Below, piece by piece: positions 31,031 to 41,241 of a stretch of DNA of 64,000 nt. The position numbers and the translations under genes were made by a program. A model generated the notes under the pieces. It made no database searches, was not told the DNA's origin, and was given only the letters and a program-made list of their open reading frames with translations. The stretch's first letter is position 1. The number at the start of each line of letters is the position of its first letter. Source of the DNA: a virus (taxonomy: Duplodnaviria; Caudoviricetes); the IMG/VR virus record IMGVR_UViG_3300037512_001279, positions 32,001-96,000 of that record; one strand, 5' to 3'.

Positions 31031-32221
31031 TTATGATGACAATGCTTTTTTGATTTGGGCTTGAGCCTCCTCAAAAGTCTTGTCAGAATAGTAGTAGTAA
31101 TCACGTGTGCAGTTAATATTCGTGTGTCCCATTTGTTTGATGATGAGTCTTTCGTCTACCCCGCCGTTAATAAGTTTCGTGGCATACGTTTTTCTGATTT
31201 TATGCATTGACCTTGGAGGTATTCCAAGTTTTTTACACAGTCTTAGAAGTCTCAACGTAAAACACCTGCTTAGGATTCTTTCTCCATTTTTCATAAACAT
31301 GTATTCACCGAATGGATTTTTCTTCCGTATTGTCGCAAGTATTTTTTTAGCCTCGTCATTTAATATGATCGTTCTGTTACCGGCTTCGGTCTTAGGAGAC
31401 TCTCTAACCTGGAATACGTAGCCACCATCTTTGTCCTTGAACCGTTCCTCTGTCTTTGTGATGCTCAACAAATCCCCAGTGACGTCGGAGTGCTTCAATG
31501 CAGAAAGTTCTCCTACTCTCAACCCTGTTTGAAAAACCAATAGAATTCCAAGGTCAATTAAGCTAGACCTCTTCCACAATTCGAACTCAACAGCATCGAT
31601 TTCTTCTTTTGTGAAAACCGAATCTTCATCTCGAATAACCTTTTTCTTAAAGGCTTTTCTTGACAGTTCGAGATAATCACCGAAGAAATCTTTTGCACTT
31701 ATGTCCGTGTATCCCCGTTTTTTGCCATACTTTAAAACGCCTATAATTAAGGTTCTTACACCATTGTAAGCCTTGTAAGACAGATTAAAGTCGGAAATTG
31801 TTTTCTTAATAAAGTCTTCAAGCTCTGACTCCGTCAGTCGTTGCAGTTCTACCTTGTCGAAACCAGTTTTTACAAAGTATCTTGTAAAGTCCGTCCTGTA
31901 ACGATCATATGTTTGTTTTTGTATTTCATTATATTCTAGTTTCCTGTCCACCCATTTGTCAAAAATTTCTCCAAACGTGTTCACCTGACTATGTTGGAAT
32001 ATCAGGTCTTCAATTTCTTCTTTTGTTTTCTTTCGCTGCAACGCCCTCCCTTTCCTTGAATCATCAATGTACGTGTACCAATAACCGTTTTCTCCTTGCC
32101 AAATTTTGTGATTGTGTTTTTGCAGTGCTTCTTCTTTTTTCTTCATATCAATTTGGTCGCTTAATAAGTTCGCGTCTATTATACCATTCTTTAACGCGAA
32201 ATTCAATGTACTTTCATTCAA
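31031..32221 (-). CDS. int: Tyrosine integrase
   Basis: TGLRVGEL (R), SPKT (K), HKIRKTY (H-x-x-R), MGH, YY. Confidence 0.92.
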   Translation of the reverse strand: MNESTLNFALKNGIIDANLLSDQIDMKKKEEALQKHNHKIWQGENGYWYTYIDDSRKGRALQRKKTKEEIEDLIFQHSQVNTFGEIFDKWVDRKLEYNEIQKQTYDRYRTDFTRYFVKTGFDKVELQRLTESELEDFIKKTISDFNLSYKAYNGVRTLIIGVLKYGKKRGYTDISAKDFFGDYLELSRKAFKKKVIRDEDSVFTKEEIDAVEFELWKRSSLIDLGILLVFQTGLRVGELSALKHSDVTGDLLSITKTEERFKDKDGGYVFQVRESPKTEAGNRTIILNDEAKKILATIRKKNPFGEYMFMKNGERILSRCFTLRLLRLCKKLGIPPRSMHKIRKTYATKLINGGVDERLIIKQMGHTNINCTRDYYYYSDKTFEEAQAQIKKALSS

Positions 32222-32334
32222 TAAGCATCACCATCCTTTCCTTATAATATGTAATTCTCCAAAAGCAAAGGGAAAAAGGTGAAAACAGCAACAGTAAAGA
32301 ACGGTAAAAGATTTAAGAACAGTAAACAAAAGTA

Positions 32335-32375
32335 AAAAAATGGGAATGGCATAGACAGCCGTTCCCATTTTTTTC
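32335..32375. terminator. Bidirectional terminator downstream of dUTPase, similar to the hairpin at 30596-30628
   Basis: aaaaaatgggaatggc...gccgttcccattttttt. Confidence 0.7.
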
Positions 32376-32424
32376 AAATGTGTTTTAGTAAATTTTATTT
32401 GAGTAAACCATTTTGGTTTACGAA

Positions 32425-32931
32425 TCAAATTCCCGTACTGCCAAATCCACCAGTTCTTATCTCTGACACGTCATCATCTTCCGTAATGCCGTAAGGAATG
32501 AAAATGCCCTGTGCGAATCTGTCACCTTCACACAGATATAAATTATTGCATCCGTTATTCACTATCTTAATCATAATGTGTCCTTCGTTATCAGCAACGT
32601 AATATGAGCTGTCGATTATTCCAATAGTGTTCGCAAGTGCAACGTGGTATTTGAATCCAAGACTGCTTCTTGGAACAATCCCCAAAAACCATCCGTCTTC
32701 AATCTTGCAACGGATTCCCGTTGGAATAATAACGCTTTCTCCCGTACAAACCGTAACGTTATTTGGAATATAAAAGTCATATCCGGCACTTCCAATCGTC
32801 GATCTTTTCGGCAATTTTATCAAATCAAATTGCTCTTTTATCTGATCAATATCATCATCAGGAAATTGTCTAAGATAATCCTGAAGGAACTGCTCAAAGC
32901 TAACCTTCTGAAATTTCGCTACTACATTCAT
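32425..32931 (-). CDS. dut: Trimeric dUTPase
   Basis: SAGYD, IPTG, PRSSLG, GIIDSSY, RFAQGIF and RTGGFGSTG motifs. Confidence 0.95.
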   Translation of the reverse strand: MNVVAKFQKVSFEQFLQDYLRQFPDDDIDQIKEQFDLIKLPKRSTIGSAGYDFYIPNNVTVCTGESVIIPTGIRCKIEDGWFLGIVPRSSLGFKYHVALANTIGIIDSSYYVADNEGHIMIKIVNNGCNNLYLCEGDRFAQGIFIPYGITEDDDVSEIRTGGFGSTGI

Positions 32932-32961
32932 GTTTTTTACCTTCCAATCTTTTTTTTAACA

Positions 32962-33144
32962 TTATTCTTCTTGCAATGTTTCGTAATGTTCACTTCTTTT
33001 CTTTTGCTTATGATCACACGGAATACACTGCCCGTAAAAATATTCTTTCTCCTTGTACATGCAGCGCACTTTTTCTATCTTGCCGACCTTGAACAATTCG
33101 CCGTACACGCAATCCTCACACTCTGCAGTGATAATCATTGACAT
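32962..33144 (-). CDS. Small Cys-rich hypothetical protein
   Basis: CEDC...C...CIPC; overlaps the upstream gene in operon fashion. Confidence 0.5.
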   Translation of the reverse strand: MSMIITAECEDCVYGELFKVGKIEKVRCMYKEKEYFYGQCIPCDHKQKKRSEHYETLQEE

Positions 33145-33442
33145 CTTGTATACCCAACCTTTTCAACTCTCTGTTTATTGATACTTGACATTTGTCAAGT
33201 ATTTCCGAAAAGTTACCATAGTACCGATTGTAAAACGGGGCGTATATTGTTTCGTGATTCGAATCATATACCTTAACCTTTACGACGCCTTCAGTCGCGT
33301 TATATATTAATTCTCCAATCAGTGTTGACTTTCCGGAAATTTCATCCTTCAGTACGGTAAAAGTATGAATGTAAATTTGGTTGTCTGCATCGGAAAAATC
33401 ACGACTAAAAGACCATTGAGATTTACGTTGTGAAGTTTTCAT
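33116..33442 (-). CDS. Hypothetical protein
   Basis: ATG overlaps the nrdD stop codon. Confidence 0.55.
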   Translation of the reverse strand: MKTSQRKSQWSFSRDFSDADNQIYIHTFTVLKDEISGKSTLIGELIYNATEGVVKVKVYDSNHETIYAPFYNRYYGNFSEILDKCQVSINRELKRLGIQDVNDYHCRV

Positions 33443-36400
33443 TACATTGAAACCCTTTCTGCTATTTCTGCATTTTTGGCAGGATTATATCTTGTTTCAC
33501 CATGAACTCTTGTAAATCCAAGATATCCATTCATTCTATCTATCTTTGTAAGTCTAGTGCTTCCACATTTAGGGCAGGTAGTCATCTCAACTTGCTGATA
33601 TCCGCAATCTTCGCAATAACACATTGCAAGATTTACGCCCTCATAAAAGCCCTTCTCCATTGCCCTTAACACCAAACTTTTAATTGCTTCAACATTATAA
33701 CCGAGATTATATCTGCAGTATTGTATTTTACCGCCATTAAAATAATTCCAAAACCTTTCTTCTTTATCTTGCTTTTCAATTGGTGAAATCTTTTCTGTTA
33801 CATGGCAATGAAAACTATTACTTACATAGGCCCTGTCTGAAACATTTTCAATAATTCCATACATTTTACGGAATTGCTTTACTTGAAGACCGCAAAGGCT
33901 CTCTGCAGGAGTCAACACAGATGTATATTTCTATACTGGTTACTGTGTTGCAACATATCTTCATGTTTGCTAAACATGCCATCAGTTTCGAATAAGTGCT
34001 AATCTCTTATTCTACTCTACTCAGTTATTCATATAAAACTAGCTTATGTTTTATATTATCCTTTCGATGTCCTCTACATACTCATTATAATATTCAAAAT
34101 GATAACCATGCGAACTTTTAAATCCATATTTATGTTTACATATTTCTGAAATATGAGAATTTTCATATTCAATATTTAAATCATCACATGCTTCTTTGAT
34201 GGTTTCATATATCTTATTATTTTCTTTACAAATTATTCTTTTTCTGTTCCCTATTTTTAATATTTTAGATCTGTGTATATTTTGTTCTTCTCTTGTCATA
34301 TATTCTAAATTTTCAATATTATTATTTTCTTTATTACCATCAATATGATTAACTGTCAGTTCGCTTATGCCAACAAATGCATACATTATCAATCTATGAA
34401 TTCCGATTGTAATTCTTTTATCGTTATACCATATATGACATTTAATCCATCCACGTTTAGATTTGTTTTCTGCCACATATTTATCAAGTACGGAATCATA
34501 TACATGTCCGTCATTTGTTGCATAATATCTGTTATTTGTATTTGGTATTACTTTTTTAATTATTTCCAATATGACTACCTCCTATTAATTTGATGTTCGA
34601 TAGTCATATTTTGAATATTATTAATGAGACACGGTATTGCCTTATCCACAATGTGGACTTAGGTTCTCTTACCACCTTAATCTTTCGATTTAGTTGACCG
34701 TTAGCCCGAATATATCAGACACCCCTTAGCTGGGTTTGATGGTTTAAACACGGCAATCATTTACCGTATATAGCATACAAAACCTGATCTTCTTCTTTAA
34801 TTCTGTCAACATACTTTTGAATGTATTGCATAACTTCTAGTGCAAAATCACCATCTTCACGTATAGATTTACCGTTATATAGCTCTTGTAATTCGTTAAG
34901 TGCTGTAATTCCATAGCTGATAGTCATGGGTTTTAGGATGCTCTTGATTTTTTCATTTGGCTGAAGGTGTCCACCATAAAAACCACCTTCACAAAACATC
35001 ACAGGGTTTGTCGATGCTTTGAATTCTCCAATATAATCAATCGTTCTAAGATGTAGTTTTCTAATTAGCTCAAGGTAATAATTCAAAACCTCATAAAAAT
35101 CCTTGTTTTCCTGTCTAGATTTTGCAAGTATCATTGGAAGATTTAATGATACTACTCCCATATTAAACCGCCCCTCAAATACGGGCTTGTCATCATCATC
35201 TGCCGGATGCATACCACCTCTCTCATACCAAGGAGAAAGGAAGGCCCTGCAATTATGACTATATAATCCACTTACTTCAAAATGTTCACTGTCAGTTGTT
35301 ACATCGTAACTATATCCAACCTTGTCTAGCCTTTCTACTTCAATTAAATTCGCTTTAACATTGTAGTGATCAGATACCGTTTCAACAAACTTGCTAGTTT
35401 TCTTTTCACATTGTATGTAATTCATAAGTTCTTCTGTAGGATAAAACTCTACCCTATATCTAATTGCATTATAATTCTTTTTGTTATAATGGTTATAGTA
35501 CATTTTTGCAGGCATACCAAGTGTTTGTGCAAGTGCCATCTGTTGTAATGCAAGTTCTTTATTTGTAGATCCAATCTGAATTACAGACCCACCATGAGAA
35601 ATTCCATTAACTCCACCATCTGCATCAATCATACCGGCTAGGAATGATAATTTCGCACTATAATTCCAAGAGAATACTTCGTTTGGAATATGTCTATTAA
35701 TTTTATTCATTCCACCAAACATTGATGTGAAGTAATTTATATTTTTTACAATCTCATTATTTGATGTTGAAACTGCACAAATATCCTTATATGTCCCTTT
35801 AGACCCACGTTCTTGAAGTTTTACTTTTGTACTAAGGTCAAAATATTTTTTAGCAACAAATTGAAATTTATTTACAATTTCGTCTTCCCCAAATGCAGCA
35901 ACTGATGCATATATGTGGTCAGACTGATAGCAACCATCACACAACATGAAACCTAAAAACCAAGCCTTGTCATCATTAAACAAAACATTTTCTTGACAGA
36001 ACTGATTTGAGTTAATTAATATTTCATCATCTTTTATTAGATCGATTGCATGTTTTGTAACTCCATTTGTAAGAGTAATTGGATGGTCTTCTGTACACAC
36101 TAACCTTCTACCGTTTGTAAAATGTAAATCCACCCATTTATCTGATACATTTCTAATAATTCTAGTTGTGTTAACAAATCCTTTTTCTGTATCATAAATT
36201 TCAACATTATTTAAATCCATGTACAAATGTGGTTGGCCTTTAATTTGCTCTTTAGGTTCAAATGAATCTGTTAATCTATCCCACATTCTTTCAAAAGATT
36301 CTACAAAAAGTTGTCCTTTATATTTGTATGTTACAAGTTCTTTACCATCTACACAGCCCATGGGAGAGATAACTCTGCCATACTTTTTATACATTTCAGG

Positions 36401-37576
36401 GACATAGCCTTCTCCAGTAAGACTTAACCAATCAGGATACATTGTTTTACTACTGCATTCTATGCCTGCATTGAACACGTCTGCACTTGGATAATCAGAA
36501 GATCCGTCGCCATGAAGGTTTTTATCATATAAAAATACAATTTTGGGAAATAAAACAGGACGCTTAAATCCGTCCTTACCTTGTCCTTCCTTATGCACCT
36601 CTAGTAATGTAATAGCTGCCATCTTTCCAAATTTATCAGTAGCCAATCCTATAGTTACTGTGACAAACGGGTAATCACCTCGAGAAGATCCGACAGAATT
36701 CAACTTTATTTCTAGCCCCTGCCAGCCTTGTTCAAAATCGCGTTTAACTTTTTTCATGGCATATTTGTCTGCAAGCTCTTTTAATTTTTCAAAATCAACT
36801 TTGTATTCATTAGTGCATTCGCTAAATATATCATTACAATTAACAAAATATTCATCATAATATTTCTTATACGACTTTTCTGCATATGGTGCTAATATTT
36901 TGTCGATTTCTGGAATTGTATATCCGCCGTATTGCTGCGCAGCAGTGGCAAGTATAATATCTCCGATCACATCAAATACAACATCTAGAGTGTGCGGTTC
37001 GTTATACCAAAGATTGCCCATTTCGAATCCGTCTTTTAATATATGTCCAACTCTACTAAGGCAACAATTTATCGTATCTAGTCTTGCGCTTCTGTCGTGT
37101 ATGTAAATATATCCATCCTTATCTGCTTGTATTTCTTCTAATGTTAAAAAGAATTTTTTATACAACTCAGAACTAAGGGAATTATATATTAAACTTCTTT
37201 TTGTAGCTACTAAAGCAGAATCTGTATTCGCATTATTCTTGTCACCAATATATCTAATTGATTGACTTTGTTCATAAACATTATCCATCATGTGTATAAA
37301 ATCTTTTTTGTAGTTCCTGTATTCTTTATACATTTTTGCAATCTCAGGATAATCTTCTTCCAATACAGATTCAACAATATTATGCATGTCATAAACTTCT
37401 ATCTCGCCGTCTTCATCATAATTCTCTTCGATTGTTTGCCAAACATCATTTAGAATTGTAAGATAATCCTCATCTTTTAATGTGATCATTGCTCTTCTAG
37501 CAGCTTTATTACATGCATCAATAATTTTTTGTTCTTTGTAGTCTTCAATAGTTCCATCCTTTTTTACGACTTTCAT
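33442..37576 (-). CDS. nrdD: Anaerobic (class III) ribonucleotide reductase; exons 37576-34763 and 33912-33442, containing an intein (precursor 1094 aa, mature about 726 aa)
   Basis: ATP cone (MKVVKKDG), YIHD, NCC, FPKIVF, PMG-C-RAFL, YAIYG|TPAESLC, CxxC..CxxC and RMNGY glycyl-radical motif. Confidence 0.95.
33913..34762 (-). ncRNA. Group I intron in nrdD (850 nt) encoding an HNH homing endonuclease
   Basis: Exon UACGGU pairs with IGS GCCGUG; ends in G before ACT CCT GCA; GAGGACAUC / AAGAUAUGUU P7 elements; in-frame join YG|TP. Confidence 0.9.
34051..34569 (-). CDS. Intron-encoded HNH homing endonuclease with NUMOD-like C-terminal domain
   Basis: HRL...VNHIDGNKENNNIENLE; its 3' end (VEDIERII) overlaps the intron core. 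Confidence 0.88.
   Translation of the reverse strand: MEIIKKVIPNTNNRYYATNDGHVYDSVLDKYVAENKSKRGWIKCHIWYNDKRITIGIHRLIMYAFVGISELTVNHIDGNKENNNIENLEYMTREEQNIHRSKILKIGNRKRIICKENNKIYETIKEACDDLNIEYENSHISEICKHKYGFKSSHGYHFEYYNEYVEDIERII
35252..36355 (-). mobile_element. Intein (368 aa) with LAGLIDADG endonuclease in NrdD
   Basis: Starts CVDG, block B CTEDH, LGFMLCDG and FLAGMIDADG, ends YDVT...SHN followed by C+1. Confidence 0.93.
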
Positions 37577-37629
37577 GGCAAAACCTCACTTTACATGTTT
37601 ATCATAATCTCTCCAATCTCTCGATTTTT

Positions 37630-37872
37630 TTATACTCGAAATTCCTCCATGGCAGCATTGAATCTAATAATCTCATCCTGATCTTTTGTCAAAATTTCAA
37701 CATACGTATTCGTCAAATCCGGCGCTATATCTATCACGCCAAATAGGGATTTAGCGTCGAATACGTTACTGCCCTTGATAATGTTTACGTCACTGTCAAA
37801 CTGACTTACTTTAGAAACGAAATTTCTAAGCGTATTAATGTCTCTTACGTCCACCCTTATTCTGTTGCTCAT
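37630..37872 (-). CDS. HPr-like (PTS phosphocarrier fold) protein lacking the His15 equivalent
   Basis: FVSKVSQFDSDVNI.KG..VFDAKSLFGV (Ser46 motif retained); no His in the sequence. Confidence 0.75.
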   Translation of the reverse strand: MSNRIRVDVRDINTLRNFVSKVSQFDSDVNIIKGSNVFDAKSLFGVIDIAPDLTNTYVEILTKDQDEIIRFNAAMEEFRV

Positions 37873-38032
37873 TTTTGTCACCAACCTTCTTGATCTTTAC
37901 GCGACATTCACCGTAATATATAGGGCATACGTAACCGTTATCTTTGTCGCTCCAATAAGCGAACGGACATCCTGCGCAGTCCATTTTGTGAAAATCATCG
38001 TCAACCTCAAATTCTACATATGCTATCTTCAT
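37835..38032 (-). CDS. Small Cys-rich hypothetical protein
   Basis: CAGCPF...CP...C. Confidence 0.5.
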   Translation of the reverse strand: MKIAYVEFEVDDDFHKMDCAGCPFAYWSDKDNGYVCPIYYGECRVKIKKVGDKNEQQNKGGRKRH

Positions 38033-38775
38033 TATTCTTGCTCCTTGTAAAAATGATGAACCGCACTGTCACTAAAGTGATAAACCCACTTGCCCCACTT
38101 CTCAGGTCTTCTGTCGCTCCTAAAAGCTATGCATCCTCCTGTAGTGTCACCAATTTCGTACGCAAATTCGACGGCAAGTACTGTAGTTTCCGAGACGCTC
38201 TTTTTGCCATATGCAAACTGCCCTGGTCTAGTTATCACGTCCTTAACACTATTGCCGAACCTGCCGTCTTTTATCCTATTAAATATAACGGATGCTACGT
38301 TCACCTTTGAATCAAAACCGCATTGATATGTCTCTGTCTCAACTACTCTCTGTATAAGATATATCTCTTCATCAGTAAAAACATCATATACGGTTTCAGG
38401 AGTTTCCAGATATTCCCCATATTCTTCTACCAATTTCTTATAGCTTTCATACCATTCCTGTTTACTGATTTCACCGCAATCTAGCTCCAACATCTTAAGA
38501 AAATACTCGCTTTGAGCAGAAGTCCGTATGTCAATCTCTATAGGAACGTACTCTATTTTCGCATCATATTCAATTATTTCTATTACTTCTGATGCCTCTT
38601 CCGTAATGAATTGTTCTTCTTCCGGTGGAAATTCATCATTTGGGAACCCTGCAATTATTGCCATAAGCACAAATCCAACAAACAGAAGCATTAATGTTAT
38701 AATCAACAAAAGACACTGTCTTATAAGTGATAATGCATATTTCTTAACATCAGACATCTTTATCACCGCCACCAT
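38032..38775 (-). CDS. Membrane-anchored SleB-like cell wall hydrolase (Hydrolase_2)
   Basis: N-terminal TM; LIQRVVETE...VASVIFNR...F...V.DVI..PGQF...HHFY. Confidence 0.8.
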   Translation of the reverse strand: MVAVIKMSDVKKYALSLIRQCLLLIITLMLLFVGFVLMAIIAGFPNDEFPPEEEQFITEEASEVIEIIEYDAKIEYVPIEIDIRTSAQSEYFLKMLELDCGEISKQEWYESYKKLVEEYGEYLETPETVYDVFTDEEIYLIQRVVETETYQCGFDSKVNVASVIFNRIKDGRFGNSVKDVITRPGQFAYGKKSVSETTVLAVEFAYEIGDTTGGCIAFRSDRRPEKWGKWVYHFSDSAVHHFYKEQE

Positions 38776-38962
38776 TACAATATTCTCTGAAATATTCCAA
38801 CATCTTTTCCTCTTCAGGGAAGAAACAGTCTATCCCTTTTTCTGAATATAACCATCCAAAAAAGTTACAACACAATTGCCCAAAGCGAATGTCTGCCATA
38901 TACTTTTTATGAAGCAAACAAAAATCTTTATAAAATTCGTCCAATCTATTTGGATCTCTCAA
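38750..38962 (-). CDS. Hypothetical phage protein (MRDPNR... RFGQL type)
   Basis: RBS AAAGGATG; RFGQL motif. Confidence 0.55.
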   Translation of the reverse strand: MRDPNRLDEFYKDFCLLHKKYMADIRFGQLCCNFFGWLYSEKGIDCFFPEEEKMLEYFREYCNGGGDKDV

Positions 38963-39073
38963 TTACAATCACATCCTTTCTAAATGGGTTCTGCATAACG
39001 GGAGTTGTCTGACAATTTATATATTGCTTAAATGTCAATGACTATAACACCAGTTATTTTTAGTAGTATCACG

Positions 39074-39210
39074 GTGAACCACTCAGACTTATAGAAGTCG
39101 GAGCTTCCTGCTTCAACCACTACTGCGTTCCTAACAAGTTACCTTGTCGGCTCGTCTTACACAGTGTCCACAGGCGTTGATTCGGATAGTTCCTACCCTA
39201 TTGTTTATAG
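39074..39210 (-). ncRNA. Putative TnpB omega/reRNA scaffold (guide predicted from 39073 onward)
   Basis: Structured right end downstream of the tnpB stop: GGTAGGAACTATCCG...GAAGCAGGAAGCTCCGACTT-CTAT-AAGTCTGAG...TTCAC. Confidence 0.65.
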
Positions 39211-40338
39211 TTACGCTGATTCTAAGATTCTCAATCCCTCTACCTTGATATTGATAGCAGAGTTCCAATCTCTGTCTATTCCTTTGTGACCGCAATGAGG
39301 GCAATCCCATTTACGGATTCTAAGGTCTTTGAGATTTTCACTTCTATATCCGCACCAGTGACAGAGTTGAGAACTTGGGAACCACTTGTCTACTTTTATC
39401 AGATACCCGCCACGTTCTTTTAGTTTGTATTCTAAGAAGTTTACAAACATTCCGTAGCCATTATCCAAAGTAGCTTTACCATTTCCGAAGCCTTTATTTG
39501 CCATAGACCTCATATTAAGATTTTCCACACATACGCAAGCGTACTGATTGGCTGTCTCAGTTGACTTCTTATGTAGAAAATCTTTTCTTTGATTAGCTAT
39601 GTGTCTATGTATCTTAGCTATCTTCTTTTGTTGTTTTCGATAATTGTTACTTCCGATAATTTTATGTTTTAGCTTATGTTGAGCCTTTGCCAGTTTATCT
39701 TGTGATTGTCTGAAATAATGCGGCATATCACAATTATTGCCATCGCTATCCACATAAAGACCGTCTGACTTATAATCCAAACCCAGTGTATTCATACTGG
39801 TTACTGGAGCATATAATTCTTTAGTTTCATACTCAAATAATATAGAAACCTGATAAGTACCATCTCTATTTTGAGTGATAGTAGCTGATTTAAGTTTCCA
39901 ATCTTCATTAGGTTTCCTATGTATCTTAGCTTTTATCCTACCTAACTTTGGCAGTTTGATATAATTATCGCCTATCTCTATATTGTTATTGGTATAATTC
40001 GTTGTATAACTTTTCTTTGCCCTATGCTTATTCTTATACTTTGGATAACCGCCTTGCTTTTTGAAGAATTTGTCAAAACCATAAGCTAAATGAAATACTG
40101 CATTACTTAAAGCAAACTTATCGACTTCATTTAAGAAAACAAACTCTTTCTTTAGATGTTGAGTGCAGTAATTATTCGCTGATAGTTTGGATAAATGTTT
40201 TTCTCCATTCTTATATCGTTCTTGTTGTACACTAAGCATCTGATTATACACAAACCTGCAACAGCCAAAAGTCTTTTGGCATAATTCGGCTTGTTCTTTA
40301 TTTGGGTATATAGCGTAAATATAGGCTTTATTTGTCAT
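39211..40338 (-). CDS. tnpB: TnpB RNA-guided nuclease
   Basis: HTH KTFGCCRFVYN; RuvC residues GLD, VEN, DRD intact; CxxC/CxxC zinc finger. Confidence 0.93.
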   Translation of the reverse strand: MTNKAYIYAIYPNKEQAELCQKTFGCCRFVYNQMLSVQQERYKNGEKHLSKLSANNYCTQHLKKEFVFLNEVDKFALSNAVFHLAYGFDKFFKKQGGYPKYKNKHRAKKSYTTNYTNNNIEIGDNYIKLPKLGRIKAKIHRKPNEDWKLKSATITQNRDGTYQVSILFEYETKELYAPVTSMNTLGLDYKSDGLYVDSDGNNCDMPHYFRQSQDKLAKAQHKLKHKIIGSNNYRKQQKKIAKIHRHIANQRKDFLHKKSTETANQYACVCVENLNMRSMANKGFGNGKATLDNGYGMFVNFLEYKLKERGGYLIKVDKWFPSSQLCHWCGYRSENLKDLRIRKWDCPHCGHKGIDRDWNSAINIKVEGLRILESA

Positions 40339-40428
40339 AAGACTTTTCCTTTCCGTAAGATTATAACTGTTGATAGTACTAACTCCTCCCTACTTCGTTG
40401 AGGAAGTGGTTGCGCACCTGTTTTATCG

Positions 40429-40578
40429 GTGAACCCTAAATCTTATGATCGCGCCGCCAAACGGTGGGATAATTGTAACTCCCCAATTTTCTTTGAAGTG
40501 TAATTGTGGCATCAGTCTCTCCCATTCATGCCATCTTTCCTGAGACTCGACCTGATATCTATCATCCATGCCGTTCAT
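40429..40578 (-). pseudogene. 5' part of a small gene interrupted by the TnpB element
   Basis: MNGMDDRYQ...IIPPFGGAIIRFRVH, continuing in frame after the element (RDTTKNNWCYSH*). Confidence 0.6.
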
Positions 40579-40581
40579 TTT

Positions 40582-40971
40582 TTATACCCCCGAATCGTCT
40601 TTAGTATTTACTTTAGCCTTATATCTCTCGCCATCATGTAGAGATAACATGTTACAATATTCTGAAATTTCAGAACCATTAAGCTCTAAATAACTCATGA
40701 TGTCATAAACCAATTTTGCTTCAAGTTTATCAATTCCATAATCAGCAACAATGTATTTTTCGCGATACTCCTTATCAGGAATGTATGCGAACTCAACACA
40801 TGTATCATATACGATTGTTAATACTGTTTCTTCTTTACCAAATTCTTCAGAATTCGAAGGGTCATAAATAAGCTCAACCTTAATCTCATATGAATCAACA
40901 GTAATTCTCATCTCATGCTCGTTATCTTTGTTGTTATACAAAATTTCTTTCAGATCAAATAATAAATTCAT
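40582..40971 (-). CDS. Hypothetical protein
   Basis: RBS AAGGAGG. Confidence 0.65.
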   Translation of the reverse strand: MNLLFDLKEILYNNKDNEHEMRITVDSYEIKVELIYDPSNSEEFGKEETVLTIVYDTCVEFAYIPDKEYREKYIVADYGIDKLEAKLVYDIMSYLELNGSEISEYCNMLSLHDGERYKAKVNTKDDSGV

Positions 40972-41039
40972 TGTGTATCTCCTCCTTTTTATGTGAAATA
41001 TATCTATCTATTAATTCTCCAAAAATCTTTATAAAATAA

Positions 41040-41071
41040 GAAAAACGCCACCGATTTCTCGATGACGCCTT
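41040..41071 (-). terminator. Terminator ending the radical SAM operon
   Basis: Minus strand aaggcgtcatcg-agaaat-cggtggcgtttttt. Confidence 0.7.
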
Positions 41072-41097
41072 CCTTTTGGAGGTATTTTATGAAATAA

Positions 41098-41232
41098 TCA
41101 GGTCGTGCGGAGCCTCTCACTCCTGCAGCACCACTGCATGGTTCAGATACTCCACATATTGGAGCCGATTACCCATCTGATTGGTGGCAGTGCATTGTCT
41201 TAACACCGTGTTTATCTTTCACCAACGACCTG
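41098..41232 (-). ncRNA. tRNA-like structured RNA (about 135 nt)
   Basis: 7-bp acceptor-like stem CAGGUCG/CGACCUG plus A; D-like arm GUG-AAAGAUAAA-CAC; T-like arm GGAG-UGAGAGG-CUCC; long internal stems replace the anticodon arm. Confidence 0.5.
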
Positions 41233-41241
41233 CAGTTTTAT

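Larger units (their letters stand above)
39074..40428 (-). mobile_element. IS200/IS605-family TnpB-only element (IS1341-like), inserted after TTCAC
   Basis: Left flank ...GGTTCAC|, element ends ...GGTTCAC; subterminal hairpins; removing it restores a 62-aa ORF (40578-40429 + 39073-39035). Confidence 0.8.

Noticed and set aside
35147-35156. 10-nt match (TGATACTACT) to the predicted TnpB guide within nrdD
   Set aside because: The first guide bases mismatch and there is no TCAC TAM; a match this short is expected by chance.
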